Below are positions 51,919 to 63,909 of a stretch of DNA of 64,000 bases, in pieces. Location: assembly GCF_017348835.2 (NCBI RefSeq), contig NZ_CP071375.1; one strand, given 5' to 3'. Origin of the DNA: Escherichia coli (GTDB lineage Bacteria; Pseudomonadota; Gammaproteobacteria; Enterobacterales; Enterobacteriaceae). The translations under genes were made by a program, and so were the position numbers. How positions within the stretch are numbered: the first letter of the stretch is position 1; each line of letters starts with the position of its first letter. The notes below the pieces were generated by a model, which saw only the letters and a list, made by a program, of their open reading frames with translations, was not told the DNA's origin and made no database searches.

Positions 51919-52935
51919 ATGCAAAAGAAATCAATTTACGTTGCCTACACGGGCGGGACCATCGGGATGCAGCGTTCCGAGCAGGGTTATATACCGGTGT
52001 CAGGTCATCTACAACGCCAACTGGCGCTGATGCCGGAATTCCATCGCCCGGAGATGCCTGATTTCACCATTCATGAATATACGCCGCTGATGGATTCTTC
52101 AGATATGACGCCGGAAGACTGGCAGCATATTGCTGAAGATATTAAAGCGCACTATGACGACTATGATGGTTTTGTCATTCTGCACGGCACCGATACGATG
52201 GCATATACCGCCTCTGCGCTGTCGTTCATGCTCGAGAATCTCGGTAAACCGGTCATTGTGACAGGGTCACAAATCCCGCTGGCTGAGTTACGCTCTGACG
52301 GACAAATTAATCTGCTGAATGCGTTGTACGTTGCGGCGAATTATCCGATCAACGAAGTAACGCTCTTTTTCAATAACCGATTGTATCGCGGCAACCGCAC
52401 TACCAAAGCCCATGCCGATGGTTTTGATGCGTTTGCCTCTCCAAACCTTCCTCCGTTACTGGAAGCAGGTATCCATATTCGTCGTTTGAATACGCCACCC
52501 GCCCCGCACGGTGAAGGGGAATTAATCGTTCATCCAATCACCCCACAACCAATTGGCGTAGTGACGATTTATCCAGGGATTTCTGCTGACGTCGTGCGCA
52601 ATTTTCTGTGCCAACCGGTGAAAGCATTGATTCTGCGCTCCTATGGCGTGGGTAATGCGCCACAAAACAAAGCCTTCCTGCAGGAATTACAAGAAGCCAG
52701 CGATCGCGGTATTGTGGTGGTCAACCTGACACAATGTATGTCCGGTAAAGTGAACATGGGTGGTTATGCCACCGGTAACGCCCTCGCCCATGCCGGCGTA
52801 ATTGGCGGTGCAGATATGACTGTAGAAGCCACGCTAACCAAACTGCATTACCTGCTTAGCCAGGAACTGGATACTGAAACCATTCGCAAGGCCATGAGCC
52901 AAAACCTGCGCGGCGAACTGACGCCGGATGATTAA
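51919..52935 (+). CDS. ansA: Cytoplasmic L-asparaginase I
   Basis: Track ORF of 385 aa; the ATG at 51919 gives the 338 aa protein MQKKSIYVAYTGGTIGMQ... recognised as AnsA. Confidence 0.95.
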   Translation: MQKKSIYVAYTGGTIGMQRSEQGYIPVSGHLQRQLALMPEFHRPEMPDFTIHEYTPLMDSSDMTPEDWQHIAEDIKAHYDDYDGFVILHGTDTMAYTASALSFMLENLGKPVIVTGSQIPLAELRSDGQINLLNALYVAANYPINEVTLFFNNRLYRGNRTTKAHADGFDAFASPNLPPLLEAGIHIRRLNTPPAPHGEGELIVHPITPQPIGVVTIYPGISADVVRNFLCQPVKALILRSYGVGNAPQNKAFLQELQEASDRGIVVVNLTQCMSGKVNMGGYATGNALAHAGVIGGADMTVEATLTKLHYLLSQELDTETIRKAMSQNLRGELTPDD

Positions 52936-52945
52936 GGAGACTGTA

Positions 52946-53587
52946 ATGCCCCCTCGCGCCCTGTTACTGGTCGATTTACAAAATGATTTCTGTGCTGGTG
53001 GCGCGCTCGCCGTGCCGGAAGGTGACAGTACGGTGGATGTCGCTAACCGCCTGATTGACTGGTGCCTGTCGCGCGGTGAAGCGGTTATCGCCAGTCAGGA
53101 CTGGCACCCAGCGAATCACGGCAGTTTCGCCAGTCAGCACTGTGTAGAGCCTTATACGCCAGGTCAACTCGACGGTTTGCCACAAACCTTCTGGCCAGAT
53201 CACTGTGTGCAGAACAGTGAAGGCGCACAATTACATCCGTTACTGAACCAAAAAGCGATCGCAGCGGTGTTCCATAAAGGCGAAAATCCTTTAGTTGACA
53301 GTTACAGTGCCTTTTTTGATAACGGCCGTCGGCAGAAAACCTCTCTCGATGACTGGTTACGCGATCATGAAATCGATGAATTGATCGTTATGGGCCTGGC
53401 TACTGACTATTGCGTGAAGTTTACCGTGCTGGACGCGTTACAGTTAGGTTATAAGGTAAACGTGATTACCGATGGTTGTCGTGGCGTGAATATCCAGCCC
53501 CAGGACAGTGCGCACGCGTTTATGGAGATGTCAGCAGCTGGGGCAACGCTATATACGCTGGCAGACTGGGAAGAGACGCAGGGGTAA
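52946..53587 (+). CDS. pncA: Nicotinamidase / pyrazinamidase
   Basis: 213 aa protein MPPRALLLVDLQNDFCAGG...; recognised as PncA (isochorismatase-like fold). Confidence 0.93.
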   Translation: MPPRALLLVDLQNDFCAGGALAVPEGDSTVDVANRLIDWCLSRGEAVIASQDWHPANHGSFASQHCVEPYTPGQLDGLPQTFWPDHCVQNSEGAQLHPLLNQKAIAAVFHKGENPLVDSYSAFFDNGRRQKTSLDDWLRDHEIDELIVMGLATDYCVKFTVLDALQLGYKVNVITDGCRGVNIQPQDSAHAFMEMSAAGATLYTLADWEETQG

Positions 53588-53605
53588 TATTAGTTGAATT
53601 CATCT

Positions 53606-53640
53606 CTGGCCTACATTTCCTCAATGACATTGTAGGCCAG
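53606..53640. other. Perfect 10-bp inverted repeat (hairpin) in the pncA-yeaC junction
   Basis: CTGGCCTACA - 15 nt loop - TGTAGGCCAG, 19 nt after the pncA stop; GGCCTAC arms resemble REP half-sites; no U-tract follows. Confidence 0.45.
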
Positions 53641-53747
53641 ATAATACTTGTCAGTGTTGCATTTAACCTACTTGCAGCTAAAACACGACGTCCGAACAAG
53701 TATATTTGCCCTCCCTTAATAACAGGCTTAAATACTAGATAACTCAT

Positions 53748-54020
53748 TCACTTAAACATGGCAATAGGCTTTGCTGAGATACCAAAATCTTCTTTTAACT
53801 GCTGTTTGCTCTTCATGACCATCTGACCATTTGTGTCAATTGTCATATGCTGTGCTTCGGTATTATGGCGGGCTTGCCACAGCATCACCAGTTGCAGGCA
53901 GTTCTCTTTTTGTTCCTCGGTCAACGCAACGCCATCAGGCCATTTCCCCAGTTCAACGGCGGTCGACAAACGCTGGTATACCTCAGGCGTCATGCTGTTG
54001 ATAATGTCATCAAGATCCAT
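53748..54020 (-). CDS. yeaC: DUF1315-family protein YeaC
   Basis: Track ORF of 105 aa; the internal ATG at 54020 gives the 90 aa protein MDLDDIINSMTPEVYQRL... recognised as YeaC. Confidence 0.8.
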   Translation of the reverse strand: MDLDDIINSMTPEVYQRLSTAVELGKWPDGVALTEEQKENCLQLVMLWQARHNTEAQHMTIDTNGQMVMKSKQQLKEDFGISAKPIAMFK

Positions 54021-54061
54021 AATTTTTCCGCTCCTGTGGAATAAGTTGCTGAATCGTTTTT

Positions 54062-54475
54062 TCAACCGTTGATTTCTTCGCCGTTTTCGCCATCGGTAAA
54101 GCGTAAAGAGGCAGAGTTAACACAATAACGTTCGCCCGTTGGCTGCGGCCCGTCGGGGAAGACATGCCCCAGATGGGCATCACAGTTACCGCAACGAATT
54201 TCTATGCGCTGCATTCCATGTGACAAGTCTTTGATATAACGAATGGATTCTTCACTTACCGGTTCGTAGAAACTGGGCCAGCCACAGCCGGAATCATACT
54301 TTGTTTGGGAATGAAACAGCGGGGCATCGCAGATCAAACAGTGATATACGCCGTCACGCTTGTTATGCAGTAAACGACCCGTAAATGGCGGCTCTGTCCC
54401 ATGATTCTGCGTCACGTAAAACTGCATCTCGGACAAATTTTTTTTCAGTTCTTCTGCCGAAGGTTTATTAGCCAT
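54062..54475 (-). CDS. msrB: Peptide methionine-(R)-sulfoxide reductase
   Basis: 137 aa protein [21 protein letters not shown]... with two CxxC zinc motifs and the catalytic Cys near the C-terminus; recognised as MsrB. Confidence 0.9.
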
Positions 54476-54804
54476 TTGCTCACATCTCACTTTAATCGTG
54501 CTCACATTACGCGACTGATTCTAACAAAATATTAACACCAACTGGCAAAATTTTGTCCTAAACTTGATCTCGACGAAATGGCTGCACCTAAATCGTGATG
54601 AAAATCACATTTTTATCGTAATTGCCCTTTAAAATTCGGGGCGCCGACCCCATGTGGTCTCAAGCCCAAAGGAAGAGTGAGGCGAGTCAGTCGCGTAATG
54701 CTTAGGCACAGGATTGATTTGTCGCAATGATTGACACGATTCCGCTTGACGCTGCGTAAGGTTTTTGTAATTTTACAGGCAACCTTTTATTCACTAACAA
54801 ATAG

Positions 54805-55812
<1,008 letters not shown>

Positions 55813-55833
55813 GTTGAGATGACACTGTGATCT

Positions 55834-55864
55834 AAAAAGAGCGACTTCGGTCGCTCTTTTTTTT
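55834..55864 (+). terminator. Rho-independent terminator of gapA
   Basis: AAAAAGAGCGAC-TTCG-GTCGCTC followed by 9 T, 22 nt after the gapA stop. Confidence 0.8.
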
Positions 55865-55895
55865 ACCTGATAAAATGAAGTTAAAGGACTGCGTC

Positions 55896-56780
55896 ATGAT
55901 TAAGAAAATTTTTGCCCTTCCGGTCATCGAACAAATCTCCCCTGTCCTCTCCCGTCGTAAACTGGATGAACTGGACCTCATTGTAGTCGATCATCCCCAG
56001 GTAAAAGCCTCTTTTGCATTACAGGGCGCACACCTTCTCTCGTGGAAACCTGCGGGTGAAGAAGAAGTTCTGTGGTTGAGCAACAACACACCGTTCAAAA
56101 ATGGCGTCGCCATTCGCGGTGGCGTACCGGTTTGCTGGCCGTGGTTTGGTCCGGCGGCAGAACGAGGCCTGCCTGCGCACGGTTTTGCCCGCAACCTGCC
56201 GTGGACGCTGAAATCACATCGTGAAGATGCTGATGGCGTAGCGCTGACTTTTGAATTGACACAAAGCGAAGAGACGAAAAAATTCTGGCCTCACGACTTT
56301 ACGCTGTTAGCGCATTTCCGCGTGGGTAAAACCTGTGAAATCGATCTTGAAGCACACGGCGAATTTGAAACCACCTCTGCCCTGCATACCTACTTTAACG
56401 TGGGTGATATCGCTAAGGTAAGCGTCAGTGGGCTGGGCGATCGCTTCATTGATAAAGTAAATGACGCGAAAGAAGATGTACTGACCGACGGTATTCAGAC
56501 CTTCCCTGACCGTACCGATCGCGTGTATCTGAATCCGCAAGATTGCAGCGTGATTAATGATGAAGCGCTGAATCGTATTATCGCCGTAGGCCACCAGCAT
56601 CATCTGAACGTTGTAGGCTGGAACCCGGGACCGGCGCTTTCAGTTAGCATGGGCGATATGCCGGACGATGGCTACAAGACCTTTGTTTGTGTAGAAACGG
56701 CTTACGCTTCAGAAACGCAAAAAGTGACCAAAGAAAAACCTGCACATCTGGCGCAATCCATTCGCGTTGCGAAACGTTAA
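55896..56780 (+). CDS. yeaD: Glucose-6-phosphate 1-epimerase (aldose 1-epimerase family)
   Basis: Track ORF of 301 aa; the ATG at 55896 gives the 294 aa protein MIKKIFALPVIEQISPV... recognised as YeaD. Confidence 0.9.
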   Translation: MIKKIFALPVIEQISPVLSRRKLDELDLIVVDHPQVKASFALQGAHLLSWKPAGEEEVLWLSNNTPFKNGVAIRGGVPVCWPWFGPAAERGLPAHGFARNLPWTLKSHREDADGVALTFELTQSEETKKFWPHDFTLLAHFRVGKTCEIDLEAHGEFETTSALHTYFNVGDIAKVSVSGLGDRFIDKVNDAKEDVLTDGIQTFPDRTDRVYLNPQDCSVINDEALNRIIAVGHQHHLNVVGWNPGPALSVSMGDMPDDGYKTFVCVETAYASETQKVTKEKPAHLAQSIRVAKR

Positions 56781-56796
56781 TTTACGTTAATGTTGT

Positions 56797-56821
56797 GTGC
56801 CGGGTGCGATGCATCCGGCAC
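56797..56821. terminator. Hairpin between convergent yeaD and yeaE (REP-like / possible bidirectional terminator)
   Basis: GTGCCGG-gtgcgatgcat-CCGGCAC, 17 nt after the yeaD stop and 10 nt before the yeaE stop. Confidence 0.45.
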
Positions 56822-56830
56822 GTATCAACA

Positions 56831-57685
56831 TCAAACCATATCCAGCGCAGTTTTTCCTTTTGGTGCCGGATACGCTTTGTCCAGCATGGCTAATTCCGCT
56901 GACGAAAGTTCGACCTCAAGCACAGCCGCATTCTGTTGGACATGGGCAATCGTGGCCGCTTTTGGAATCGCCATCACACCCTGATGGCTGATTACCCACG
57001 CCAACAATACTTGTGCCGCGCTGATATTGTGAGCATGTGCAATTTCGTTGACTACCGCGTTTTTTAACAGTCCATTGCGCAACCGCCCGGCCTGGGCTAA
57101 CGGACTGTAAGCCATCACCGGCATCTGCTGTTGCTGGCACCAGGGGAGTAGATCGTACTCAATCCCTCGTGAACCGAGATGGTAAAGCACCTGATTAGTG
57201 GCACACTGATTTCCCCCCGGCAGCTGCCAGAGTTCCTGCATATCAGCATAATCAAGGTTCGAAACGCCCCAGCGGCGGATTTTTCCCTGAGCGATCAATT
57301 TTTCCATCGCTGCGACAGTCTCTTCAAAAGTGAAACTGCCAGACCAGTGTAATAAGTAGAGATCGAGATAATCAGTATTGAGACGGCGTAAACTGGCTTC
57401 GCAAGCATTTATCGCTTTTTGCCCGCCAGCATTCCACGGATAGACTTTAGAGACGAGAAAGACGTTATCACGCAGACCGATTAATGCTTCCCCAACCACT
57501 TTTTCGGCACCGCCATCGGCATACATTTCGGCGGTATCAATGAGGGTTAAACCGAGTTCAATGCCCGCGCGTAGTGCAGCAACTTCTGTTTTACGCTGAC
57601 TGGCATCTTCGCCCATATACCATGTTCCCTGCCCTATGGCTGGCAGTGAGACATCGCCACTAAATTGAATCATTTTTTGTTGCAT
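56831..57685 (-). CDS. yeaE: Aldo-keto reductase (methylglyoxal reductase)
   Basis: 284 aa ORF recognised as YeaE; AKR family. Confidence 0.9.
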   Translation of the reverse strand: MQQKMIQFSGDVSLPAIGQGTWYMGEDASQRKTEVAALRAGIELGLTLIDTAEMYADGGAEKVVGEALIGLRDNVFLVSKVYPWNAGGQKAINACEASLRRLNTDYLDLYLLHWSGSFTFEETVAAMEKLIAQGKIRRWGVSNLDYADMQELWQLPGGNQCATNQVLYHLGSRGIEYDLLPWCQQQQMPVMAYSPLAQAGRLRNGLLKNAVVNEIAHAHNISAAQVLLAWVISHQGVMAIPKAATIAHVQQNAAVLEVELSSAELAMLDKAYPAPKGKTALDMV

Positions 57686-57774
57686 TGTTTCCTCCCAGGT
57701 ATTGCACCACCGTAATGCAAAACAGGGCGTGACGCCCTGTTTTTATGCACAAAATGCCCTGGAAAGATGCATTA

Positions 57775-58521
57775 TCAGAATTTGTAGGTGATCCCGGTAG
57801 AAATCAGGCCAGTCCAGGATTTATCCACCATTGGGCTGTCAGTAACTTCATCAGACAGACGGGTGTAGCGCGCGGTACCGTAAACACTCCAGTCGCCGAG
57901 GAAGTTGTAGCTGGCGCTCAGCTCCAGGTAAGGGCTCCAGCTGTCGTTCGGGTTATAGCCACGCAGACCGCTGCGAGCGGACTCTTTGCGCGATACGCCA
58001 TAATAGTATTCGTTCTGGTTTTCGCTGTTCCACTGCACACCAATACCCGGAGTCACGGTCAGGCCGCCGTTGGTGTAATGATACAACCAGGCCATATCCC
58101 AGACGATGCCGTTACTGTTATCCAGGGTATCGCCAGCCAGGGTGGTACGCAGGTAACCGTACTGGGTAAAGTGAGCATAAGACAGACCAGCCATCATGGT
58201 GCTCTTACGGTCATCCAGGTGACGCATTTGGTGATCGCCACTGTCTTTAGCTTTGAAGTAAAGCGGCGACCAGTAAGCGGTAATTGAAAGTTTATCCGTT
58301 GCGTCATTCCACAGGTAGTAACCACCACCTAAGCCACGGAACCAGAAGTTATCGCCTTCATAGTTGATTACCGGTACTGGGTAAACATCGGTATCGTAAT
58401 CTTTATATGGGTGTTCAACGACACCTACGCCTGCGCCCAGGGAAAATTTACCTTCAGCGTGCGCTACGCCTGCAGACGTTGCGATAAGCACTCCAAGTGC
58501 CAGAAGTTTGAGTTTGGTCAC
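57775..58521 (-). CDS. mipA: MltA-interacting outer-membrane scaffold protein
   Basis: 248 aa ORF with signal peptide (MTKLKLLALGVLIATSAGVAHA) and terminal Phe; recognised as MipA. Confidence 0.9.
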   Translation of the reverse strand: MTKLKLLALGVLIATSAGVAHAEGKFSLGAGVGVVEHPYKDYDTDVYPVPVINYEGDNFWFRGLGGGYYLWNDATDKLSITAYWSPLYFKAKDSGDHQMRHLDDRKSTMMAGLSYAHFTQYGYLRTTLAGDTLDNSNGIVWDMAWLYHYTNGGLTVTPGIGVQWNSENQNEYYYGVSRKESARSGLRGYNPNDSWSPYLELSASYNFLGDWSVYGTARYTRLSDEVTDSPMVDKSWTGLISTGITYKF

Positions 58522-58837
58522 AATTAATCATTCCTTAAACAAATGTTTAGCGGGCGACAAAGTTTACCCGTCAATACATCGAAACCCAACCTTTTTACGT
58601 TTTCATTTTTTAAAGTAACTGTTTAATTTTCCTGACGCGGATGACACCGCGCTTACAGCCAAATGAATTTAGCGTTACTGGCGAGCCTGGTCTTTACATT
58701 AATTATGCAAAATTTATGGATGAGTTGTTGATATGCCATTGAAATTAAGAAAGCCGTGTAGGCAAGTTTTCCATTTGCCATCTACGCTTAATTTTGAAGG
58801 TGTATCACCGGGCACGTTGTTCTCATCGTCGATAAAA

Positions 58838-58853
58838 TGGCATGAGAGTTGCT
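58838..58853 (+). promoter_or_regulatory. Candidate sigma-54 (-24/-12) promoter upstream of yeaG
   Basis: TGGCATGAGAGTTGCT (GG-N10-GC) about 100 nt upstream of the yeaG ATG; yeaGH is reported to be nitrogen-starvation (NtrC) induced. Confidence 0.5.
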
Positions 58854-58956
58854 GTGTTTTAGCAAGAGACGTCGTTCAGTTTACCTCTTCCGGGAGCCTC
58901 TACTATTCATATGAACGGCTCTTAACCTGTGCTAAAAAACGAAAGGACGGCATACC

Positions 58957-60891
58957 ATGAATATATTCGATCACTATCGCCAGCGATATGAAGCTGCCAA
59001 GGACGAAGAGTTCACACTGCAGGAGTTTCTTACCACTTGTCGGCAAGATCGCAGTGCTTATGCCAACGCGGCTGAGCGGCTATTGATGGCTATCGGTGAG
59101 CCTGTCATGGTCGATACAGCCCAGGAACCCAGACTTTCTCGACTCTTTTCTAACCGGGTCATTGCACGTTATCCGGCGTTTGAAGAGTTTTACGGCATGG
59201 AAGACGCGATTGAACAGATTGTCTCTTATCTGAAACACGCGGCTCAGGGGCTGGAAGAGAAGAAACAAATCCTGTATCTGCTGGGGCCTGTGGGTGGGGG
59301 TAAATCATCGCTTGCTGAGCGACTGAAATCATTAATGCAGCTCGTACCGATTTATGTATTGAGCGCCAACGGTGAGCGTAGCCCGGTCAACGATCATCCG
59401 TTCTGTCTTTTCAATCCGCAGGAAGATGCGCAGATTCTGGAAAAAGAGTATGGCATTCCTCGCCGTTATCTCGGCACCATCATGTCGCCGTGGGCGGCAA
59501 AACGTCTGCATGAATTTGGTAGCGATATTACTAAGTTCCGGGTAGTGAAGGTCTGGCCGTCCATTCTGCAACAAATTGCTATCGCCAAAACAGAGCCCGG
59601 TGATGAGAACAACCAGGACATCTCCGCGCTGGTAGGGAAAGTCGATATTCGTAAACTCGAACACTACGCGCAGAATGACCCAGACGCCTATGGCTATTCC
59701 GGCGCACTGTGCCGCGCCAACCAGGGGATCATGGAATTCGTTGAGATGTTTAAAGCACCGATTAAAGTGCTGCATCCCTTGTTAACCGCCACTCAGGAAG
59801 GTAACTACAACGGGACGGAAGGTATCTCCGCCCTGCCGTTCAACGGGATTATTCTTGCCCACTCGAACGAGTCCGAATGGGTCACTTTCCGTAATAACAA
59901 AAACAACGAAGCCTTCCTCGATCGTGTTTACATCGTGAAGGTGCCGTATTGCTTGCGCATTTCCGAAGAGATCAAAATCTACGAGAAATTGCTTAATCAC
60001 AGTGAATTGACTCACGCCCCATGCGCCCCTGGCACGCTCGAAACACTGTCACGTTTTTCCATTCTTTCGCGCCTGAAAGAGCCAGAAAACTCCAGCATTT
60101 ATTCAAAGATGCGGGTTTATGATGGCGAAAGTCTGAAAGACACCGATCCCAAAGCCAAGTCGTATCAGGAATATCGTGACTACGCCGGTGTCGATGAAGG
60201 GATGAACGGTCTGTCGACGCGTTTTGCGTTTAAGATCCTCTCCCGCGTGTTCAACTTCGATCATGTAGAAGTGGCGGCAAACCCGGTCCATCTGTTCTAC
60301 GTCCTGGAACAGCAGATCGAGCGCGAGCAGTTCCCACAAGAGCAGGCAGAACGCTATCTGGAGTTCCTGAAAGGTTATCTGATCCCGAAATATGCCGAGT
60401 TTATCGGCAAAGAGATCCAGACGGCCTACCTTGAATCCTATTCCGAATATGGGCAAAACATTTTCGACCGTTATGTTACCTACGCGGATTTCTGGATTCA
60501 GGATCAGGAGTATCGCGATCCGGATACCGGGCAGCTGTTTGACCGAGAATCTCTTAACGCCGAGCTGGAGAAAATCGAGAAACCGGCGGGGATCAGTAAT
60601 CCAAAAGATTTCCGCAACGAGATTGTTAACTTCGTACTGCGCGCCAGAGCGAATAACAGCGGACGCAATCCGAACTGGACCAGCTATGAAAAACTGCGCA
60701 CGGTTATCGAGAAGAAAATGTTCTCCAATACCGAGGAGCTGTTGCCAGTTATTTCGTTTAACGCCAAAACGTCAACCGACGAGCAAAAGAAACACGACGA
60801 CTTTGTCGACCGTATGATGGAAAAAGGCTACACCCGTAAACAGGTGCGTTTACTGTGCGAATGGTATTTGCGCGTACGTAAATCGTCTTAA
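58957..60891 (+). CDS. yeaG: PrkA-family serine protein kinase
   Basis: 644 aa ORF with P-loop (GPVGGGKSS); recognised as YeaG. Confidence 0.95.
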   Translation: MNIFDHYRQRYEAAKDEEFTLQEFLTTCRQDRSAYANAAERLLMAIGEPVMVDTAQEPRLSRLFSNRVIARYPAFEEFYGMEDAIEQIVSYLKHAAQGLEEKKQILYLLGPVGGGKSSLAERLKSLMQLVPIYVLSANGERSPVNDHPFCLFNPQEDAQILEKEYGIPRRYLGTIMSPWAAKRLHEFGSDITKFRVVKVWPSILQQIAIAKTEPGDENNQDISALVGKVDIRKLEHYAQNDPDAYGYSGALCRANQGIMEFVEMFKAPIKVLHPLLTATQEGNYNGTEGISALPFNGIILAHSNESEWVTFRNNKNNEAFLDRVYIVKVPYCLRISEEIKIYEKLLNHSELTHAPCAPGTLETLSRFSILSRLKEPENSSIYSKMRVYDGESLKDTDPKAKSYQEYRDYAGVDEGMNGLSTRFAFKILSRVFNFDHVEVAANPVHLFYVLEQQIEREQFPQEQAERYLEFLKGYLIPKYAEFIGKEIQTAYLESYSEYGQNIFDRYVTYADFWIQDQEYRDPDTGQLFDRESLNAELEKIEKPAGISNPKDFRNEIVNFVLRARANNSGRNPNWTSYEKLRTVIEKKMFSNTEELLPVISFNAKTSTDEQKKHDDFVDRMMEKGYTRKQVRLLCEWYLRVRKSS

Positions 60892-60991
60892 CAACCCTGG
60901 CCCGGTACACATGCTACCGGGCCTACAACGACAGCGAACCGTGGGCCAGAGAAGCGGCAACACAGGCGTAGCATACAGTTGGCAAATGTAG

Positions 60992-62287
<1,296 letters not shown>

Positions 62288-62433
62288 AACTATCAGCCGG
62301 GTCATTATCGCCTGGCTGATTTTTAGCTTACTGTAAATTATCTCATTTATTACATACATTAGCTTACAATCGCTTTAAATATGACAGCATAACCTTTACA
62401 TAATTTAGTTCCAGAAAACAATCATTCGGAAAA

Positions 62434-63909
62434 ATGATTCAGTCAACACGTATTTCCATGGGGTTATTCTTTAAATATTTTTTATCGTTAACGAAAATTG
62501 ATCCTGGTCAAAGCTATATATCTCTGCCGTCAATAAAATCCAGCACTCACATTGCTCTCCTTTTTATGGTTTCTATGGGTACACAAAAATTAAAAGCTCA
62601 AAGCTTTTTTATTTTCAGTTTATTGCTGACGTTAATTTTATTTTGCATCACCACATTATATAACGAAAACACGAATGTAAAACTCATCCCACAGATGAAT
62701 TATCTGATGGTCGTTGTGGCTTTGTTTTTCCTTAACGCCATCATTTTTCTTTTCATGTTAATGAAATATTTCACTAACAAACAAATTCTACCAACACTCA
62801 TTTTAAGTCTTGCATTTTTAAGTGGCCTTATCTATTTAGTTGAAACTATTGTTGTTATCCATAAACCTATCAGCGACAGCACACTGATCCAGACAAAGTC
62901 GAATGATGTTTCTATTTTCTATATTTTCCGCCAACTCAGTTTTATTTGTTTAACCTCGTTGGCGCTCTTTTGTTATGGCAAAGACAACATCCTGAACAAT
63001 AATAAGAAAAAAACGGCAATCCTGTTGCTGGCGCTGATCCCTTTTTTATTTTTTCCCGTTCTGGCACACAATCTGAGCAGTTATAACGCTGACTATTCTT
63101 TGTATGTCGTCGATTACTGTCCTGACAACCATACTGCGACCTGGGGAATCAACTATACAAAAATATTGGTTTGTCTGTGGGCATTTTTACTGTTCTTTAT
63201 TATCATGCGTACACGATTAGCCAGCGAACTATGGCCATTAATAGCATTATTATGTCTGGCATCGCTATGCTGCAACTTACTTCTACTGACTCTGGATGAG
63301 TATAATTACACCATCTGGTACATCAGTCGCGGGATTGAAGTCTCCAGTAAACTGTTTGTTGTGTCTTTTCTGATTTATAACATTTTTCAGGAGCTGCAAC
63401 TCTCCAGCAAACTGGCAGTTCATGATGTGCTGACCAATATTTATAATCGGCGCTACTTTTTCAACAGCGTAGAGTCATTATTGTCGCGACCTGTTGTTAA
63501 GGACTTTTGTGTCATGTTGGTTGATATTAATCAGTTCAAACGCATCAATGCCCAATGGGGACATCGTGTGGGTGATAAAGTGCTGGTATCAATTGTCGAT
63601 ATTATCCAGCAAAGCATCCGCCCCGATGATATTTTAGCGCGACTGGAGGGTGAGGTGTTTGGCTTGCTATTTACCGAACTCAATAGTGCCCAGGCAAAAA
63701 TCATTGCGGAACGTATGCGTAAAAATGTCGAACTCCTGACCGGCTTTAGTAACAGATATGATGTTCCTGAACAAATGACCATCAGTATTGGCACTGTTTT
63801 TTCAACGGGTGACACGCGTAATATCTCGCTTGTCATGACGGAAGCAGATAAAGCCTTACGCGAAGCGAAAAGCGAGGGGGGCAACAAAGTGATTATTCAT
63901 CATATTTAA
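62434..63909 (+). CDS. yeaI: Membrane-anchored GGDEF-domain protein with degenerate active site (EGEVF)
   Basis: 491 aa ORF with an AT-rich multi-helix membrane N-terminus and C-terminal GGDEF domain in which the signature reads RLEGEVF (63646..63660); recognised as YeaI (CdgI). Confidence 0.85.
   Translation: MIQSTRISMGLFFKYFLSLTKIDPGQSYISLPSIKSSTHIALLFMVSMGTQKLKAQSFFIFSLLLTLILFCITTLYNENTNVKLIPQMNYLMVVVALFFLNAIIFLFMLMKYFTNKQILPTLILSLAFLSGLIYLVETIVVIHKPISDSTLIQTKSNDVSIFYIFRQLSFICLTSLALFCYGKDNILNNNKKKTAILLLALIPFLFFPVLAHNLSSYNADYSLYVVDYCPDNHTATWGINYTKILVCLWAFLLFFIIMRTRLASELWPLIALLCLASLCCNLLLLTLDEYNYTIWYISRGIEVSSKLFVVSFLIYNIFQELQLSSKLAVHDVLTNIYNRRYFFNSVESLLSRPVVKDFCVMLVDINQFKRINAQWGHRVGDKVLVSIVDIIQQSIRPDDILARLEGEVFGLLFTELNSAQAKIIAERMRKNVELLTGFSNRYDVPEQMTISIGTVFSTGDTRNISLVMTEADKALREAKSEGGNKVIIHHI

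Noticed and set aside
58733-58960. 75 aa ORF in the mipA-yeaG intergenic region
   Set aside because: It overlaps the yeaG start and the candidate promoter, lacks a clear Shine-Dalgarno, and has no recognisable domain; more likely leader sequence.
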